Origin: an uncultured Chitinophaga sp.
GTDB lineage: Bacteria; Bacteroidota; Bacteroidia; NS11-12g; UBA955
Assembly (NCBI GenBank): GCA_964438995.1
Contig: CAYTMQ010000011.1
Location: 8,416 to 72,415 of the forward strand
Length of the DNA stretch: 64,000 nucleotides
Direction of reading: 5' to 3'
Shown here: positions 50,232 to 60,475 of the stretch, one piece after another
How positions within the stretch are numbered: the first letter of the stretch is position 1
Layout of the letters: the number at the start of each line of letters is the position of its first letter
The notes under the pieces: model-generated
Databases searched by the model: none
What the model was told of the DNA's origin: nothing
What the model saw: only the letters and a program-made list of their open reading frames with translations
Program-made: the position numbers and the translations under genes

Positions 50232-51638
50232 TTAGCTAGCTAAAGTGGTTAATGCTGCAGTGATGTCGGTAACTTTTCTGAAACCACCTTTGTCTGCAGC
50301 TCTGATCAAGAATGCTAAACGTGTTCTCACTTTCAAGGTCATTTCATCCTCTGTGAATTGAGTACCTACATAACCTTTTTCAATGCTCATTCCTGGCATT
50401 TCATAGATACGTCCGAAACGTCTGTCACCTACAACCATAGTGTTTGCAGTAACGATGTTTGATTCAATCACAACCATACCATCTACGTTTTGGCCATCTC
50501 TAGACACAAACGGAGGCATGATATAATTATCATTATTGTCCTTCTTCAACTTCATTTTGTTGATGTCGGCAATGTTTAAGATAACCACATCTGGAGTGTA
50601 TTTAGAACCACCAACAGAAGTGATTGCTTCTTTAACTTTAACAATTAAATCGTAGATTGAAGCATCTTGAATCGCAGAAGCAGCAGGAGAGTATGCATCG
50701 ATTGAAGCAAATAAACCAGTCAAGTTATTACCGGTACCATCGCCATTGGCAATTTGGTCATCAACTTTTAATTCAACGTTAGTTCGTAAGAACAAACCTA
50801 ATTCAGCAGCAAACATGGCTTCATCTTCGAAGAACTCTTCAGTTACTGGAATAGTGTCACCAACTTTTTGAAGTACAATTGTGCCACGTTTCCATTTAGC
50901 TTCTGATTCTGGGAATGCAGCACCTTCAGCTACCATTGCAGCAGCTCTACTGATTGTTGCTTCATCCCAATCGTAATAACGAATAACGCCATTATGATTA
51001 CCTTTGCTTAATCTCATTTTAGGGAAAATGTCATACATTGACAATTTTCTTGTAGCAAGTTGGCCGATGTCTGGTAAATCAAATGCATTAGAGTTATTAG
51101 TGATTTGAGAACGTAAGGTTAAGGCTTTAACTTCGATTTCTTTTGAACCCTCACCTTTGGCAAGTTTCTTCAAGTCTTCGTTTTTCTCTTTCAACTCATC
51201 AGTCAAAGATTTCTCTTTACCTTGTGCGCCAGAAGTTTTTAATGCAGTGATTTCTTCACCTTGTTTTACATTAGCAGCTTTAACCTCTTCGATTACTCCT
51301 TCTAATGCTTTGATTTCAGCAGATTTCTTTTCATCTCTCAAGATGTCAACTTCAAGTTTCAACTTTTCGATTTCAGATTTTTCTGCTTTAGATTCTAATG
51401 CAGCCTTAATCTCTTCTTGTTTTTTCTTGATTTCTGCTTTGATTTCTTCAGGTGTTTTCACTTCTGGATTAGGATTACCTTCACCAAATGCGCCCAAAGG
51501 CATTCTCATGTATTTGCTTACCAAATACTTTAATGTGCCGAATACGAAGCCTAACGGCAGGCTTCCTGTAATGGCTGCGATAAACGAGCCAAACAACGCT
51601 GCATACAGCAACGAGGTCAGGTTTTTGATTTGTTTCAT
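50232..51638 (-). CDS. Major capsid protein, HK97 fold, with N-terminal coiled-coil delta/scaffold-like region
   Basis: 468 aa. N-terminal ~170 aa E/K-rich coiled coil. C-terminal domain with the HK97-family signature region (IRYYDWDEATISRAAAMVAEGAAFPES) and typical C-terminus. Follows the protease gene with a 4-nt overlap. Confidence 0.8.
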   Translation of the reverse strand: MKQIKNLTSLLYAALFGSFIAAITGSLPLGFVFGTLKYLVSKYMRMPLGAFGEGNPNPEVKTPEEIKAEIKKKQEEIKAALESKAEKSEIEKLKLEVDILRDEKKSAEIKALEGVIEEVKAANVKQGEEITALKTSGAQGKEKSLTDELKEKNEDLKKLAKGEGSKEIEVKALTLRSQITNNSNAFDLPDIGQLATRKLSMYDIFPKMRLSKGNHNGVIRYYDWDEATISRAAAMVAEGAAFPESEAKWKRGTIVLQKVGDTIPVTEEFFEDEAMFAAELGLFLRTNVELKVDDQIANGDGTGNNLTGLFASIDAYSPAASAIQDASIYDLIVKVKEAITSVGGSKYTPDVVILNIADINKMKLKKDNNDNYIMPPFVSRDGQNVDGMVVIESNIVTANTMVVGDRRFGRIYEMPGMSIEKGYVGTQFTEDEMTLKVRTRLAFLIRAADKGGFRKVTDITAALTTLAS

Positions 51639-52348
51639 GATATGATATTTAATAATTCATTCAACTCTTTCTGCTCGTTCATCGGCTTATGAGTGATTTG
51701 CACCGGCTCGATAAGTGATTTATAGGCTTCGTGAAGTTTAGTCAATTCAAGTTCTGCAGATTCAAGTGTTTCATCAGATAATCCACCAATTTTCAGAGCA
51801 GATATGCATTTTTGCATACGTTTTTCAAGCTCTGCTATTCTTGATACTTTATCATCTGACTTGAATCCAGTGAATGGTGTTTGAGAGTTAGCGCCCCATG
51901 TAACAGTGCTACCCTCCCATAGTTTGAGTTCAGTTAGTTTATAGCAAACAAAGTTTTCGTTTTCATCCTCAACTCTCTCTTCTTTTACAACTCTGTATCC
52001 GATTGAGTGTTCGTTGTAAATACCCTCCGCATATTGAAGTAAAACATCTTGCCCTTTTTGGGTTTTAGACATTTGACTTTCGAAGTACAAACCAAATTTG
52101 TCTTCTTTCAATACAAGTATTTTACCGATTGGTGACCATGAATCATGCTGAAACAAATGTTTAATCTGATCTGTTCCTTGTGGTCCTCTCTCTTGGATGG
52201 TTTTTAAAAACGCACCCTTTACAATCATGTCCTGATAAGAATCGATATTATCGAATTTTGCGAAGTAACCGCAAACAACACCTGATTTGGTGTCTACTTC
52301 CTTAACGGACATGTCAAGAGATTTATATTCAAACGCTTGTCGTGTCAT
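51635..52348 (-). CDS. Prohead protease (HK97 family, peptidase S78)
   Basis: GVVCGYFAKFDNIDSYQDMIVKGAF matches the S78 G-Y-A-S-x-F ... GAF core. Sits between the portal and capsid genes. Confidence 0.75.
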   Translation of the reverse strand: MTRQAFEYKSLDMSVKEVDTKSGVVCGYFAKFDNIDSYQDMIVKGAFLKTIQERGPQGTDQIKHLFQHDSWSPIGKILVLKEDKFGLYFESQMSKTQKGQDVLLQYAEGIYNEHSIGYRVVKEERVEDENENFVCYKLTELKLWEGSTVTWGANSQTPFTGFKSDDKVSRIAELEKRMQKCISALKIGGLSDETLESAELELTKLHEAYKSLIEPVQITHKPMNEQKELNELLNIIS

Positions 52349-53699
52349 CTTGTTGTACTGGTTTTTTGTTGCCTATGTATAATTTATCAGCAGCAGGGTC
52401 TTTAACTGGTTCTAAACCTCTGACCTCTCTTGCTTCATTAGGAGTGCGAATACCACTCTCAATTTCTATTTTTAGAACATCAACTATTTCTTTGTCGTTA
52501 CGTTTAAGAGCATCGATTGATGTAATGTCGTAGTCAATGTATAAGTCTTTGCCTGATTTAGCTGCATAAGGTTTGATTAACCATCTATTCAGAGCATCAC
52601 GTCTTCTTGATAGCAATGGCAATCTTGCATCCATCCAGGCTATTTTTTGCGCTTCAACTAAATTGTTGTAAGTAGCAGCATCATTCTTTACCAATGCAAG
52701 TGGAATTTCATACACTCTTGCAATTGTTTCAAGGTCCGCTTTATCTGAATCAATCAACTGCATGTCAGCAGTAGTTAGTCCCATTGATATCCAATTTAGT
52801 TTTAGTGATGTGATTAAAACATCATTGATATTGTTTGAACCTTGATATGTACCTCTGAATTTACGCTTTAAATCTTTTGCTGCAGTATCATCAAATCCTC
52901 TTTCTGCTTCATTAGATAGAATACCAACTGGATGACCATTTTGAAGTATTCTCATTTGAGCAATTGCAGAATCATTAGACTTCTTTACTACTTTACATAA
53001 AGCAGACATAGGAGATAAACCCCTAACCTCACTTTGATAACCATCGTACTCTGGATTCATCAACTTGATGTGCAATACCTTTTCTGGGTCAATTGTCTCT
53101 GACATGAAGCCAAAGTAGTCAATCTTGTATCCTTTAATCGGTTTGCGCCAATCTCCCATTTCAATAGTGGTAACTTGAGAAGGCATGTTGAATAATTGAG
53201 TTGGATTAGAATATCCACTAGGTATTAATCCATAGATAAACTCCTCACCAGTTATCATGTGAAATCCCATGCCTTGTTCGCACCATTCCTGCCATGATTG
53301 ATTGTCATTTGGGTTTTCTAAAATCTTATCAATCTCTTTGATGGAAACTTTTTTGAGCGCTTTAGAATGGTAGAACTCTGCTCTTTCGTAATCTCCTGAC
53401 TTTACGGCCAACTTGTATTGTTTGACTTTCTTTTCATCATCCTTCCACTCATAGAGATAATGTGGAATAGCAGATGCAGGACGAATGATTTTGTTGATTA
53501 CAGTGTAAACGTGCGGATTGATTAGATACCCTTGTTTGACATACTCTTTAATCTCGTATGGAAGTAATTCGAGTTGAATCCCAAGTTTAGAATAGAGCTG
53601 TTTTATTAGCTCATTATTAGGGTCAGTAACCCCAGTGGGTTTATTAAACAACCCGATGCCCTTTTCGAGCAATCTGTCGAGTTTACCGAAGAGTTCCAA
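52329..53699 (-). CDS. Portal protein
   Basis: 456 aa, between TerL and the protease, overlaps the protease start by 20 nt. The size and position are canonical. Confidence 0.65.
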   Translation of the reverse strand: MELFGKLDRLLEKGIGLFNKPTGVTDPNNELIKQLYSKLGIQLELLPYEIKEYVKQGYLINPHVYTVINKIIRPASAIPHYLYEWKDDEKKVKQYKLAVKSGDYERAEFYHSKALKKVSIKEIDKILENPNDNQSWQEWCEQGMGFHMITGEEFIYGLIPSGYSNPTQLFNMPSQVTTIEMGDWRKPIKGYKIDYFGFMSETIDPEKVLHIKLMNPEYDGYQSEVRGLSPMSALCKVVKKSNDSAIAQMRILQNGHPVGILSNEAERGFDDTAAKDLKRKFRGTYQGSNNINDVLITSLKLNWISMGLTTADMQLIDSDKADLETIARVYEIPLALVKNDAATYNNLVEAQKIAWMDARLPLLSRRRDALNRWLIKPYAAKSGKDLYIDYDITSIDALKRNDKEIVDVLKIEIESGIRTPNEAREVRGLEPVKDPAADKLYIGNKKPVQQDDTTSV

Positions 53700-53763
53700 T
53701 GTACTACAAAGTACATAAGATTAATTTGTTTTAAAATGCCAAATTCATGCCAAGTAACTGCCA

Positions 53764-55065
53764 TTAATACGTCGCATGTTTGATTCTATGCCTATAATCG
53801 GTGCAAATATATCGAGATGCATCAATAGCATGATCTTGTTGACCTTCATCTGGAATATTCATGTAACCTCCGAATTTGTTCTTCTTGTTCTTGTATGATT
53901 CAAGTTCTCGGATTAGGTTTTTACTTCGCTTGGTGACATAGATTTTCAAATCTTTCATGATATCAATACCATATGCGATTGTCTTTTCTCCCTCCGCTGC
54001 CCAAGTATTATTGTAACCTAAATCAATTATCTCATCAATGTATAATGGTGCCGACCTATCAGCAACAATTAAATCTTGATTAAGTACGCCTTTATGCTTG
54101 AACTCTCGAATCAACCCACTTGGTCTTAAATCAGTCTGATAGATTTTCTCATCAAGTAAAACTCCGTCGAGATATTCATAAAGAGATACTAATGCAGTTG
54201 GATCATTGGTGTAACCAAAATCTAAACCATGCCCGAACAACTTTGCAATCGGACCAAATTTATCCATTGGCACATCTACTGTCTTCCATCCGCTAAATAC
54301 CAATCCTTCGATTTCACCTTTCTCACCACGTCCGTAAACATCCCACTTGTATTGATTAGCAGTTCCATTTTTTTCATTGTTCCAGGCGTTCTGAAATTTC
54401 TTTGGAACTTTGTTCAGAGGTAACTCAAGCAACCTCATTGCTTCAATCTTCTGTTCTTCAGTTTCTCTCGGCAATGGTTCATAAGACAATATTTTCTTTC
54501 TACTCTCTTCTGGACAGAATGGATTGTCCAAGAATGTTGAATGAATAACTAATGCTCTTGGATGCTTCATTAAGTCTTCAACCCAATGGTCTTCTTTTGG
54601 ATTGTAGTCAATGAATATAAAATCAGAAGTACGTTGGTCAATTTGGTCAAAGTCATCCTTGCTTACAGAGTAAGGCTCATTGAACCAAGCACAATCTTGA
54701 GTTAATCCGAACACGCTCTCTTCTTCCAGTCCAAGAAATTCAATTATTGAATCAGTGGAATAACTATACTTGGATTCTGTTTTGTTGTAACTTGCTCTTT
54801 CAAATCTATCAGTTGTTTTTAAACGCTTGATAAAATCGTTCATGACTGTCTCCTTACAGTCTTTTTTGGTTGAACGAAAAGCAGTTAATCTTTTGTAGTG
54901 ATATTTTCGAGCATACAGATCATAGCAATCAATCAATGAGAATGTTTTGGATGACCTCGATGAACCTTTGTTGATGATGTACTTATACTTTCGTGTTCCA
55001 TCTTCATTAAGAGCATGGATGGCATCCCAATTCTTTTCAAATACTATGGTACATTGTACTTTCAC
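53764..55065 (-). CDS. Terminase large subunit
   Basis: 433 aa. N-terminal deviant Walker A GSSRSSKT (G-x-x-R-x-x-K-T), ATPase then nuclease-like acidic residues. Positioned before the portal. Confidence 0.75.
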   Translation of the reverse strand: MKVQCTIVFEKNWDAIHALNEDGTRKYKYIINKGSSRSSKTFSLIDCYDLYARKYHYKRLTAFRSTKKDCKETVMNDFIKRLKTTDRFERASYNKTESKYSYSTDSIIEFLGLEEESVFGLTQDCAWFNEPYSVSKDDFDQIDQRTSDFIFIDYNPKEDHWVEDLMKHPRALVIHSTFLDNPFCPEESRKKILSYEPLPRETEEQKIEAMRLLELPLNKVPKKFQNAWNNEKNGTANQYKWDVYGRGEKGEIEGLVFSGWKTVDVPMDKFGPIAKLFGHGLDFGYTNDPTALVSLYEYLDGVLLDEKIYQTDLRPSGLIREFKHKGVLNQDLIVADRSAPLYIDEIIDLGYNNTWAAEGEKTIAYGIDIMKDLKIYVTKRSKNLIRELESYKNKKNKFGGYMNIPDEGQQDHAIDASRYICTDYRHRIKHATY

Positions 55066-55149
55066 TTTATAGTAGTATTTGCTATCAATGTATCAAGTCC
55101 TTTCATTATTCTTTTATGAGCAGATGAACATCGAAATGAGTTGACATTC

Positions 55150-55356
55150 TTATACCCAAATGCTTTTGCTATATCTCGGTGCGTTAAGTTGGCTTTTTTG
55201 ATGTTCGGATAATTCATTGTACTTTCTTTGATATAACTCTTCTAATATAATTTCTAAATGAAAACTAAATTGAAATGGGCATTTTTTAAGTATCCTATAT
55301 TTATTATAGGTTACAATCCAAATTTCATATCTCTTTTTAAGGTTATGGCATTTCAT
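55150..55356 (-). CDS. Small hypothetical protein between TerS and TerL
   Basis: 68 aa ORF, co-oriented. Confidence 0.3.
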   Translation of the reverse strand: MKCHNLKKRYEIWIVTYNKYRILKKCPFQFSFHLEIILEELYQRKYNELSEHQKSQLNAPRYSKSIWV

Positions 55357-55382
55357 ACTTTGGTAGTATATACTACTATGTT

Positions 55383-55877
55383 TTAACTTTTCTTTGGTCT
55401 GATAATCTCAACCTCGATGGTCTGATTGATTGGTTTATTATCAGTGGTGATGTCGAGTTTATCTCCATACTTTTTAGGTGCAAGTTTAGAAAGTAGCCAT
55501 TTACGAGCATCAACCCTCAATCTATCTCTTTGAATAACATTGTGGTTAACAATTTCATTGCCCTCTGAATCTTTGATAATATCGTTTTCAGTTGCATCGC
55601 ATATTTCTAAAATCTCTTCTGCTATTTTATCAGCTCTATCTTCACACGCGCGCGCGTAGTTGCGTTGAAAGTTTTCATCCTCTAATAGCCAATTATCAAC
55701 TAACCTAGCATTCGGGAAACCCTCTAATTTGCAAACCTTTGCCCTTGATAAACCATTGATACTTATTTCATTAAGTATTTTTGTTTTATATTCAGCAATT
55801 ATCTCAGGTGTCCATTTCAAAGGCCTACCTAGTTTTTTTGCAATTGGTTTCTTTTTACGCTTTTTTGGTGCCGGCAT
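55383..55877 (-). CDS. Terminase small subunit (Terminase_2-like)
   Basis: N-terminal basic HTH region and the characteristic RKWLLSKLAPKKYGDK motif. Confidence 0.7.
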   Translation of the reverse strand: MPAPKKRKKKPIAKKLGRPLKWTPEIIAEYKTKILNEISINGLSRAKVCKLEGFPNARLVDNWLLEDENFQRNYARACEDRADKIAEEILEICDATENDIIKDSEGNEIVNHNVIQRDRLRVDARKWLLSKLAPKKYGDKLDITTDNKPINQTIEVEIIRPKKS

Positions 55878-55879
55878 AA

Positions 55880-56068
55880 CTATTCAATTACTTTATATCT
55901 TTTCCTACCATTGTGCATTGTCTCATTGAGTAATCCAGTTGATTCTCTGAATAAGGCAACCTTTTTTAATTGTCTATCGAAACAGACAATGAAGGTTTCT
56001 TTAAATCCGTTTTGCAGTCTGATCAATGAATCAATTCCTGCATTTAATTGGTCATTAGTTGGTAACAT
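55880..56068 (-). CDS. Small hypothetical phage protein
   Basis: 62 aa co-oriented ORF, 2 bp from the TerS start. Confidence 0.3.
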   Translation of the reverse strand: MLPTNDQLNAGIDSLIRLQNGFKETFIVCFDRQLKKVALFRESTGLLNETMHNGRKRYKVIE

Positions 56069-56070
56069 AC

Positions 56071-56298
56071 TTAATTTAATATTTTAGATGCTAATTTGCC
56101 AAAATCCCTTTCGTGCTTTTTCAATTCTTTCAATTCAATAATCTTTTCGAGATAAATCAGTTCTTTTCTTAATTGAATATATTCGTCAACTCTATTTTCT
56201 TTTTCCATTCTAAATAAAACCTGATTGAATATCTTAAACTGTTGTTTTAAGTTATCAATGTGATAATTAGGTTTTGGATTTGTCCATTTATTTGCCAT
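56071..56298 (-). CDS. Small hypothetical phage protein (coiled-coil)
   Basis: 75 aa. Confidence 0.3.
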   Translation of the reverse strand: MANKWTNPKPNYHIDNLKQQFKIFNQVLFRMEKENRVDEYIQLRKELIYLEKIIELKELKKHERDFGKLASKILN

Positions 56299-56301
56299 AC
56301 T

Positions 56302-56868
56302 CTAAAAAAATAATAACATATTACTGTCTGAACTTGGGGCAGGAGCGCTCTGTGGTAAATACCTCAATGAAATTACTACCTCCAATGAACTTTGTCCGTT
56401 AACTGTTGGTGGGTTTGGTGTTGTTGGCCAATTTGTATAATCTTCAGTAAACTCTGTAAATTGGTTACTTCCTCCTGCTATTGTGTAAATCGTTGTCCAA
56501 TCGTCTGCTACAACTCCAAGATGTAAAACTCCTGCTGAGAAGTTAAATGGAGTTGATAGTGTTTTTACAACTGGCGTTGTGTTATGTGTATCTGATGCGC
56601 TTTCATATAATAATGCTCCTGGCGCTCCGCTTCCATTATCTGCCCAAACACAAAATTTGTAGTTTCCTGGTCCAGTCATATTGAAATAAGCGCTCATGTC
56701 TATTGCAGTACCATCAATTGGTGCCGTTACTTTACATGACCACCATTTTAGAACAGTTCCGCCTGATGTTCCTACTGTATCCGTCCTACCAAGTGTTGAT
56801 ATTGCACTTGATGGAGAACCAATCTGACTATCTCCAATTTGACCTTCACCTAAATAAAAATCAGGCAT
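56302..56868 (-). CDS. Tail-fibre-cluster protein (hypothetical structural protein)
   Basis: 188 aa, T/G/N-rich. 1 bp after the upstream gene. Confidence 0.35.
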   Translation of the reverse strand: MPDFYLGEGQIGDSQIGSPSSAISTLGRTDTVGTSGGTVLKWWSCKVTAPIDGTAIDMSAYFNMTGPGNYKFCVWADNGSGAPGALLYESASDTHNTTPVVKTLSTPFNFSAGVLHLGVVADDWTTIYTIAGGSNQFTEFTEDYTNWPTTPNPPTVNGQSSLEVVISLRYLPQSAPAPSSDSNMLLFF

Positions 56869-56869
56869 A

Positions 56870-57838
56870 TTAAATTAGCTCTAGTGTAGCAAATTCTGTA
56901 ACAATCTCGTTTGATGCATTACTCACTGACATGGTTAATGTTACTTGCAATACTCTATCTGCTGCATCTGAATCAACCGCTGCTGCTCCTTGTATTGCTG
57001 AAGTATTTGCAGCCGTTGACCAAGCATCGCCTATTCCAGTTGTAGGGTTTGTTTTTGCTGCAATGATACCCATAGTTGCAACACCGCTTAAATTTTGGTC
57101 ATTATTCGCTTGTGCCGTAATTGTGAAATCTATGTACCAAGCGTTTCTGTCTGCATCTAAAACTGATGCTCCAGAAATATCACTAAACATTGTAGTCCCA
57201 CCATAAGAAATTATTAGCCTAACTGTTGGAGTTGTGTTGTTTAGCAACATATTACCACCTATACGACATCTTAATTGCCTTCCTGCTAAAAACAATCCAT
57301 TTGGGATTGTTACGCCCGAACCTGCGTTGTTTAAAACATGTATTGGGCTTGATGATGTGTTAGTGGTTTCAACTGTTGTAGTTTTGTAAATTACGATTGG
57401 TCCTTGATCTCTCTGAACTCTTAAATCAATTAACTGATTAGCTGCTAAATTGGTATCAGATGCAGGGACATAAACACAATACAGCAATACATCATTGGTT
57501 GACCTTGCAGGAGGTTTTGGATTAGCTGCCGGTGTTCCGGTTCTTACTTGAAATGCACCAGTAGAATCAACTACGATTAAATCCAATCTTGGGTTTGTTG
57601 AATCTGCAGTTGTAATTGTTACAGTTGCATTCGCTGCAACCGCTTTTAAAACTCCGTTGGTTAATACTGAACCTTTTGCTATTGCATAGGTCATATTTGA
57701 GTTTGATGTTGCTCCAAATCCTGACAAAACGCAGTTTTTACCGCTTATTCCGTCAATCATTGCATCCAAGTATTCTTGAAAGAAAATACTCATTACATCA
57801 TTGACTGCTTCTCCTTTATCTGATATTGTAAATGGCAT
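56870..57838 (-). CDS. Tail-fibre-cluster structural protein
   Basis: 322 aa, T/A/N-rich beta-rich sequence. 1 bp downstream of the tail fibre gene. Confidence 0.35.
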   Translation of the reverse strand: MPFTISDKGEAVNDVMSIFFQEYLDAMIDGISGKNCVLSGFGATSNSNMTYAIAKGSVLTNGVLKAVAANATVTITTADSTNPRLDLIVVDSTGAFQVRTGTPAANPKPPARSTNDVLLYCVYVPASDTNLAANQLIDLRVQRDQGPIVIYKTTTVETTNTSSSPIHVLNNAGSGVTIPNGLFLAGRQLRCRIGGNMLLNNTTPTVRLIISYGGTTMFSDISGASVLDADRNAWYIDFTITAQANNDQNLSGVATMGIIAAKTNPTTGIGDAWSTAANTSAIQGAAAVDSDAADRVLQVTLTMSVSNASNEIVTEFATLELI

Positions 57839-57839
57839 A

Positions 57840-59516
57840 CTATGCTTCTGTTACGGATGCAATACAACCCCACTTGGTGCCGTTGTATATGAATCCTACT
57901 GTTAATTGTTTGTTTGCTGTGGTTGTGGTTGGGAGTGCTACTCCTTTGGCTTCAAATGATGAACCCCAAGTGATTGCTCTCGGAGTTCCATTGTCTTCAA
58001 TTCTGTAAAGTAATTTATCTCCGTTTACTGGTGTTCCACTTAAATTGGTAGTCATTGAAGTGATATCTGCTGCTTGAGCTGTGATTTCAACTTGGTCACA
58101 ATTATCGGTGTTGACTGTTGGAGTTGCATTACTTGTAATGGTAGTTACTCTTTGAGTGATACGTTTGTTTGTAAGTGTTGCAATAGCACTATTTTTGCTT
58201 GAATCCGATGTATTGTCAACGTTTGATAAACCAACATCTGACTTTGTAAGAGATAAATCGGTTTTCAATTGCAACATTGTTCTGTTTACCCAAGAACCTG
58301 ACTTTCTTTGAAGGATATCATCATCAGTTGGTGTTAATGCAGCAATTTGAGTTAATGCAGTAGCTAATGGTTGATAAAGCGTATCAAAGTAAGTTTTTAA
58401 TGTTGCTTTGAAGTTTGCCCAAGTAACTTTTTTGGATGCGTTTGAGCTTGCTGAATCACTTAATGGTAAAGAATCTCCATCAACTGGAGTTGTTTTGCCA
58501 GTTAGTCCAACTATAACCGCTCCGAGTGTAACAGCTCCAGTGCTTCCATCTAATGATAAAAACTGGTCTGTATAGTCGGCCTTAAACCAATTTGATGCAA
58601 ATGTAGAAGTTGATGCATTGTCTAAAATGGCTATAATTCTGTCATTGATATTGAATGATTGGCCGTCTACTGTTCCTGCAACCGATACGATATAACTCCA
58701 TCCTGCTTGAGCAGTTCCAGAACCTGGAAATGAACCACTTGATGCATCCCAAGAACCTTTTAAAATTACTGCCGCATCTAAATCATTAACTCTAGATTCA
58801 ATAGCATCTAAATCTACTGCTTGAGTTACTGATATGTAAGATAACTTGGTTTTTTCTGCTGCTGTTGCAAACTTTTTGGTACTACCTTCTGTTATATCAT
58901 CCGTATCATCAGTTGACTTCATAAATGCCCCTGCTGCTGCCACGTTAGCTGCATCAGTAACATCTGCTCCTGCTTCTATACCACCTAATTTTGAACGCTC
59001 GGATGTAGTTAAAAACAAATTTGTTGCACCTTCAGTGATATCATCCGAATCTGTGATGGCATCTTGTTTGGCATCTAATGCTGCTTGAAGGTCTGTTTGG
59101 TCCGATAATGTTCCAGATATTGAACCCCAAGATGCACCACCTCCACCCCCTGCTGCAGTTTGTACCTTTAGTTTACCATCGGTTGTAAATACTGCGTATC
59201 CTTTGCCGTTAACGTATGTGAATATTTCGCCTGCTGCTAGGGTAAATTTAACCAATGTAGGATTATCAGTGCCGTCATCCTTTTTTAGAGTGATGGTGTT
59301 TGATGTTGAACCATGATTATTTTTAATGCTCAACATTTCGATAACCACTTTTCCATCCTGATCCAAATAAACATCATGAACTGCTATTGATGAATATTGG
59401 TAGTATTTATTGAACGGCTCTAATTGGTTGAATAGATTGTAAGTAATTACAACATCGACATCTGCAGTTGATGATGTTTGAATCTGAAGTTTATCGGATG
59501 TGTTTTGGTGTATCAT
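57840..59516 (-). CDS. Tail fibre protein
   Basis: 558 aa with tandem tail-fibre repeat motifs (DSDDITEGATNLFLTTSERSKL and DTDDITEGSTKKFATAAEKTKL), a poly-Gly linker, and a C-terminal beta-rich receptor-binding-like region. Confidence 0.55.
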   Translation of the reverse strand: MIHQNTSDKLQIQTSSTADVDVVITYNLFNQLEPFNKYYQYSSIAVHDVYLDQDGKVVIEMLSIKNNHGSTSNTITLKKDDGTDNPTLVKFTLAAGEIFTYVNGKGYAVFTTDGKLKVQTAAGGGGGASWGSISGTLSDQTDLQAALDAKQDAITDSDDITEGATNLFLTTSERSKLGGIEAGADVTDAANVAAAGAFMKSTDDTDDITEGSTKKFATAAEKTKLSYISVTQAVDLDAIESRVNDLDAAVILKGSWDASSGSFPGSGTAQAGWSYIVSVAGTVDGQSFNINDRIIAILDNASTSTFASNWFKADYTDQFLSLDGSTGAVTLGAVIVGLTGKTTPVDGDSLPLSDSASSNASKKVTWANFKATLKTYFDTLYQPLATALTQIAALTPTDDDILQRKSGSWVNRTMLQLKTDLSLTKSDVGLSNVDNTSDSSKNSAIATLTNKRITQRVTTITSNATPTVNTDNCDQVEITAQAADITSMTTNLSGTPVNGDKLLYRIEDNGTPRAITWGSSFEAKGVALPTTTTANKQLTVGFIYNGTKWGCIASVTEA

Positions 59517-59854
59517 ATTCTCGGTTTACGACTGTTTAAATCAACCAATAATTTGAAATGTTCTGCACCAATTCCCGCAACTTCATCGATGTACTTCTGC
59601 GCTCTATTTGTATGACCTTGTTCGCACAATCTTTTCAATTGTTTAAAATGGTTAACCTTAACTCCACCCTCGATTGAATGGCTGTATTTTTTGTCATGGA
59701 TAACGGCTTTTTTATCAATAGTGGTAATACCTCTTGCTATTAGTTGATGACCATAAAGAAATTGAACTGTCTTTTGATTATCTGCAGTGTAACAGATAGG
59801 AAGTCTATTAGCAATATCCTTTAAGTGCGCTATGTCAGATTTAGACAACTTCAT
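59513..59854 (-). CDS. Hypothetical phage protein
   Basis: 113 aa. Confidence 0.3.
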   Translation of the reverse strand: MKLSKSDIAHLKDIANRLPICYTADNQKTVQFLYGHQLIARGITTIDKKAVIHDKKYSHSIEGGVKVNHFKQLKRLCEQGHTNRAQKYIDEVAGIGAEHFKLLVDLNSRKPRI

Positions 59855-59883
59855 AATACAAAATTACTAGAATTAAAAGCCAT

Positions 59884-60171
59884 CTAACTGCCAACTTTAT
59901 GACAACGAAGTAGATTGTTTACAATGCTTTCAAACTTCTTATTTGAGAAGCAAGAATCTCTAGCTGCTTCAACTAAATTCTTTGTGCTGTTGTGCGATGA
60001 ACGGCCATACCATTTAGCTATTTGGCTGTGATTCGTCGTTACACATTCGTATGTAACTAAAAACAATGCTTGTCTAGCAAGTGCTAACATGCCTTGTCTG
60101 TTTTTAGATAGTAAATCTTTTTTACTAACTGAAAACTCTTTGCAAACTGATTTGATTATCTCTTCTGTCAT
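59884..60171 (-). CDS. Stand-alone DnaA C-terminal (domain IV) helix-turn-helix DNA-binding protein
   Basis: KNRQGMLALARQALFLVTYECV...SQIAKWYGRSSHNSTKNLVEAA parallels the DnaA domain IV consensus (R.iA.pRQiaMYL.re.t..S...IG..fggRdHtTV.ha). 95 aa. Confidence 0.55.
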   Translation of the reverse strand: MTEEIIKSVCKEFSVSKKDLLSKNRQGMLALARQALFLVTYECVTTNHSQIAKWYGRSSHNSTKNLVEAARDSCFSNKKFESIVNNLLRCHKVGS

Positions 60172-60190
60172 TGGTAGTTGATTTTTGTAT

Positions 60191-60475
60191 TTATTGGTCT
60201 TCCCTATTGGCGTTTCTGAATAAGTTGTGTTGGATTTGTAGTCTTTGGATTTCTGCTTTCAATCGTTCTATTTCAGATTGAAGTTCCTTTGTTTGTCGCT
60301 CGTGTTCGCTTTCGAGGATGAACCCTACTTCTTTATCGTGCAATTTTTCTGCATACGCCCCAACAAATTTTGAACCATCTGTTAAGGCTTGATAGGTTTC
60401 CGCTGTTAAGTAAATTTTAATTGGTGATTTATTGCTCATAGGTTTCTTTAAAATATTGTTCTCCGTTTGCTTCAT
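60191..60475 (-). CDS. Hypothetical phage protein with C-terminal coiled coil
   Basis: 94 aa. Confidence 0.3.
   Translation of the reverse strand: MKQTENNILKKPMSNKSPIKIYLTAETYQALTDGSKFVGAYAEKLHDKEVGFILESEHERQTKELQSEIERLKAEIQRLQIQHNLFRNANREDQ

Noticed and set aside
56302-59516. Looked for a diversity-generating retroelement (reverse transcriptase, TR/VR pair) associated with the tail-fibre genes
   Set aside because: No ORF in any frame shows RT motifs (YxDD). I did not see an internal near-repeat of a fibre C-terminal segment. No DGR is supported.
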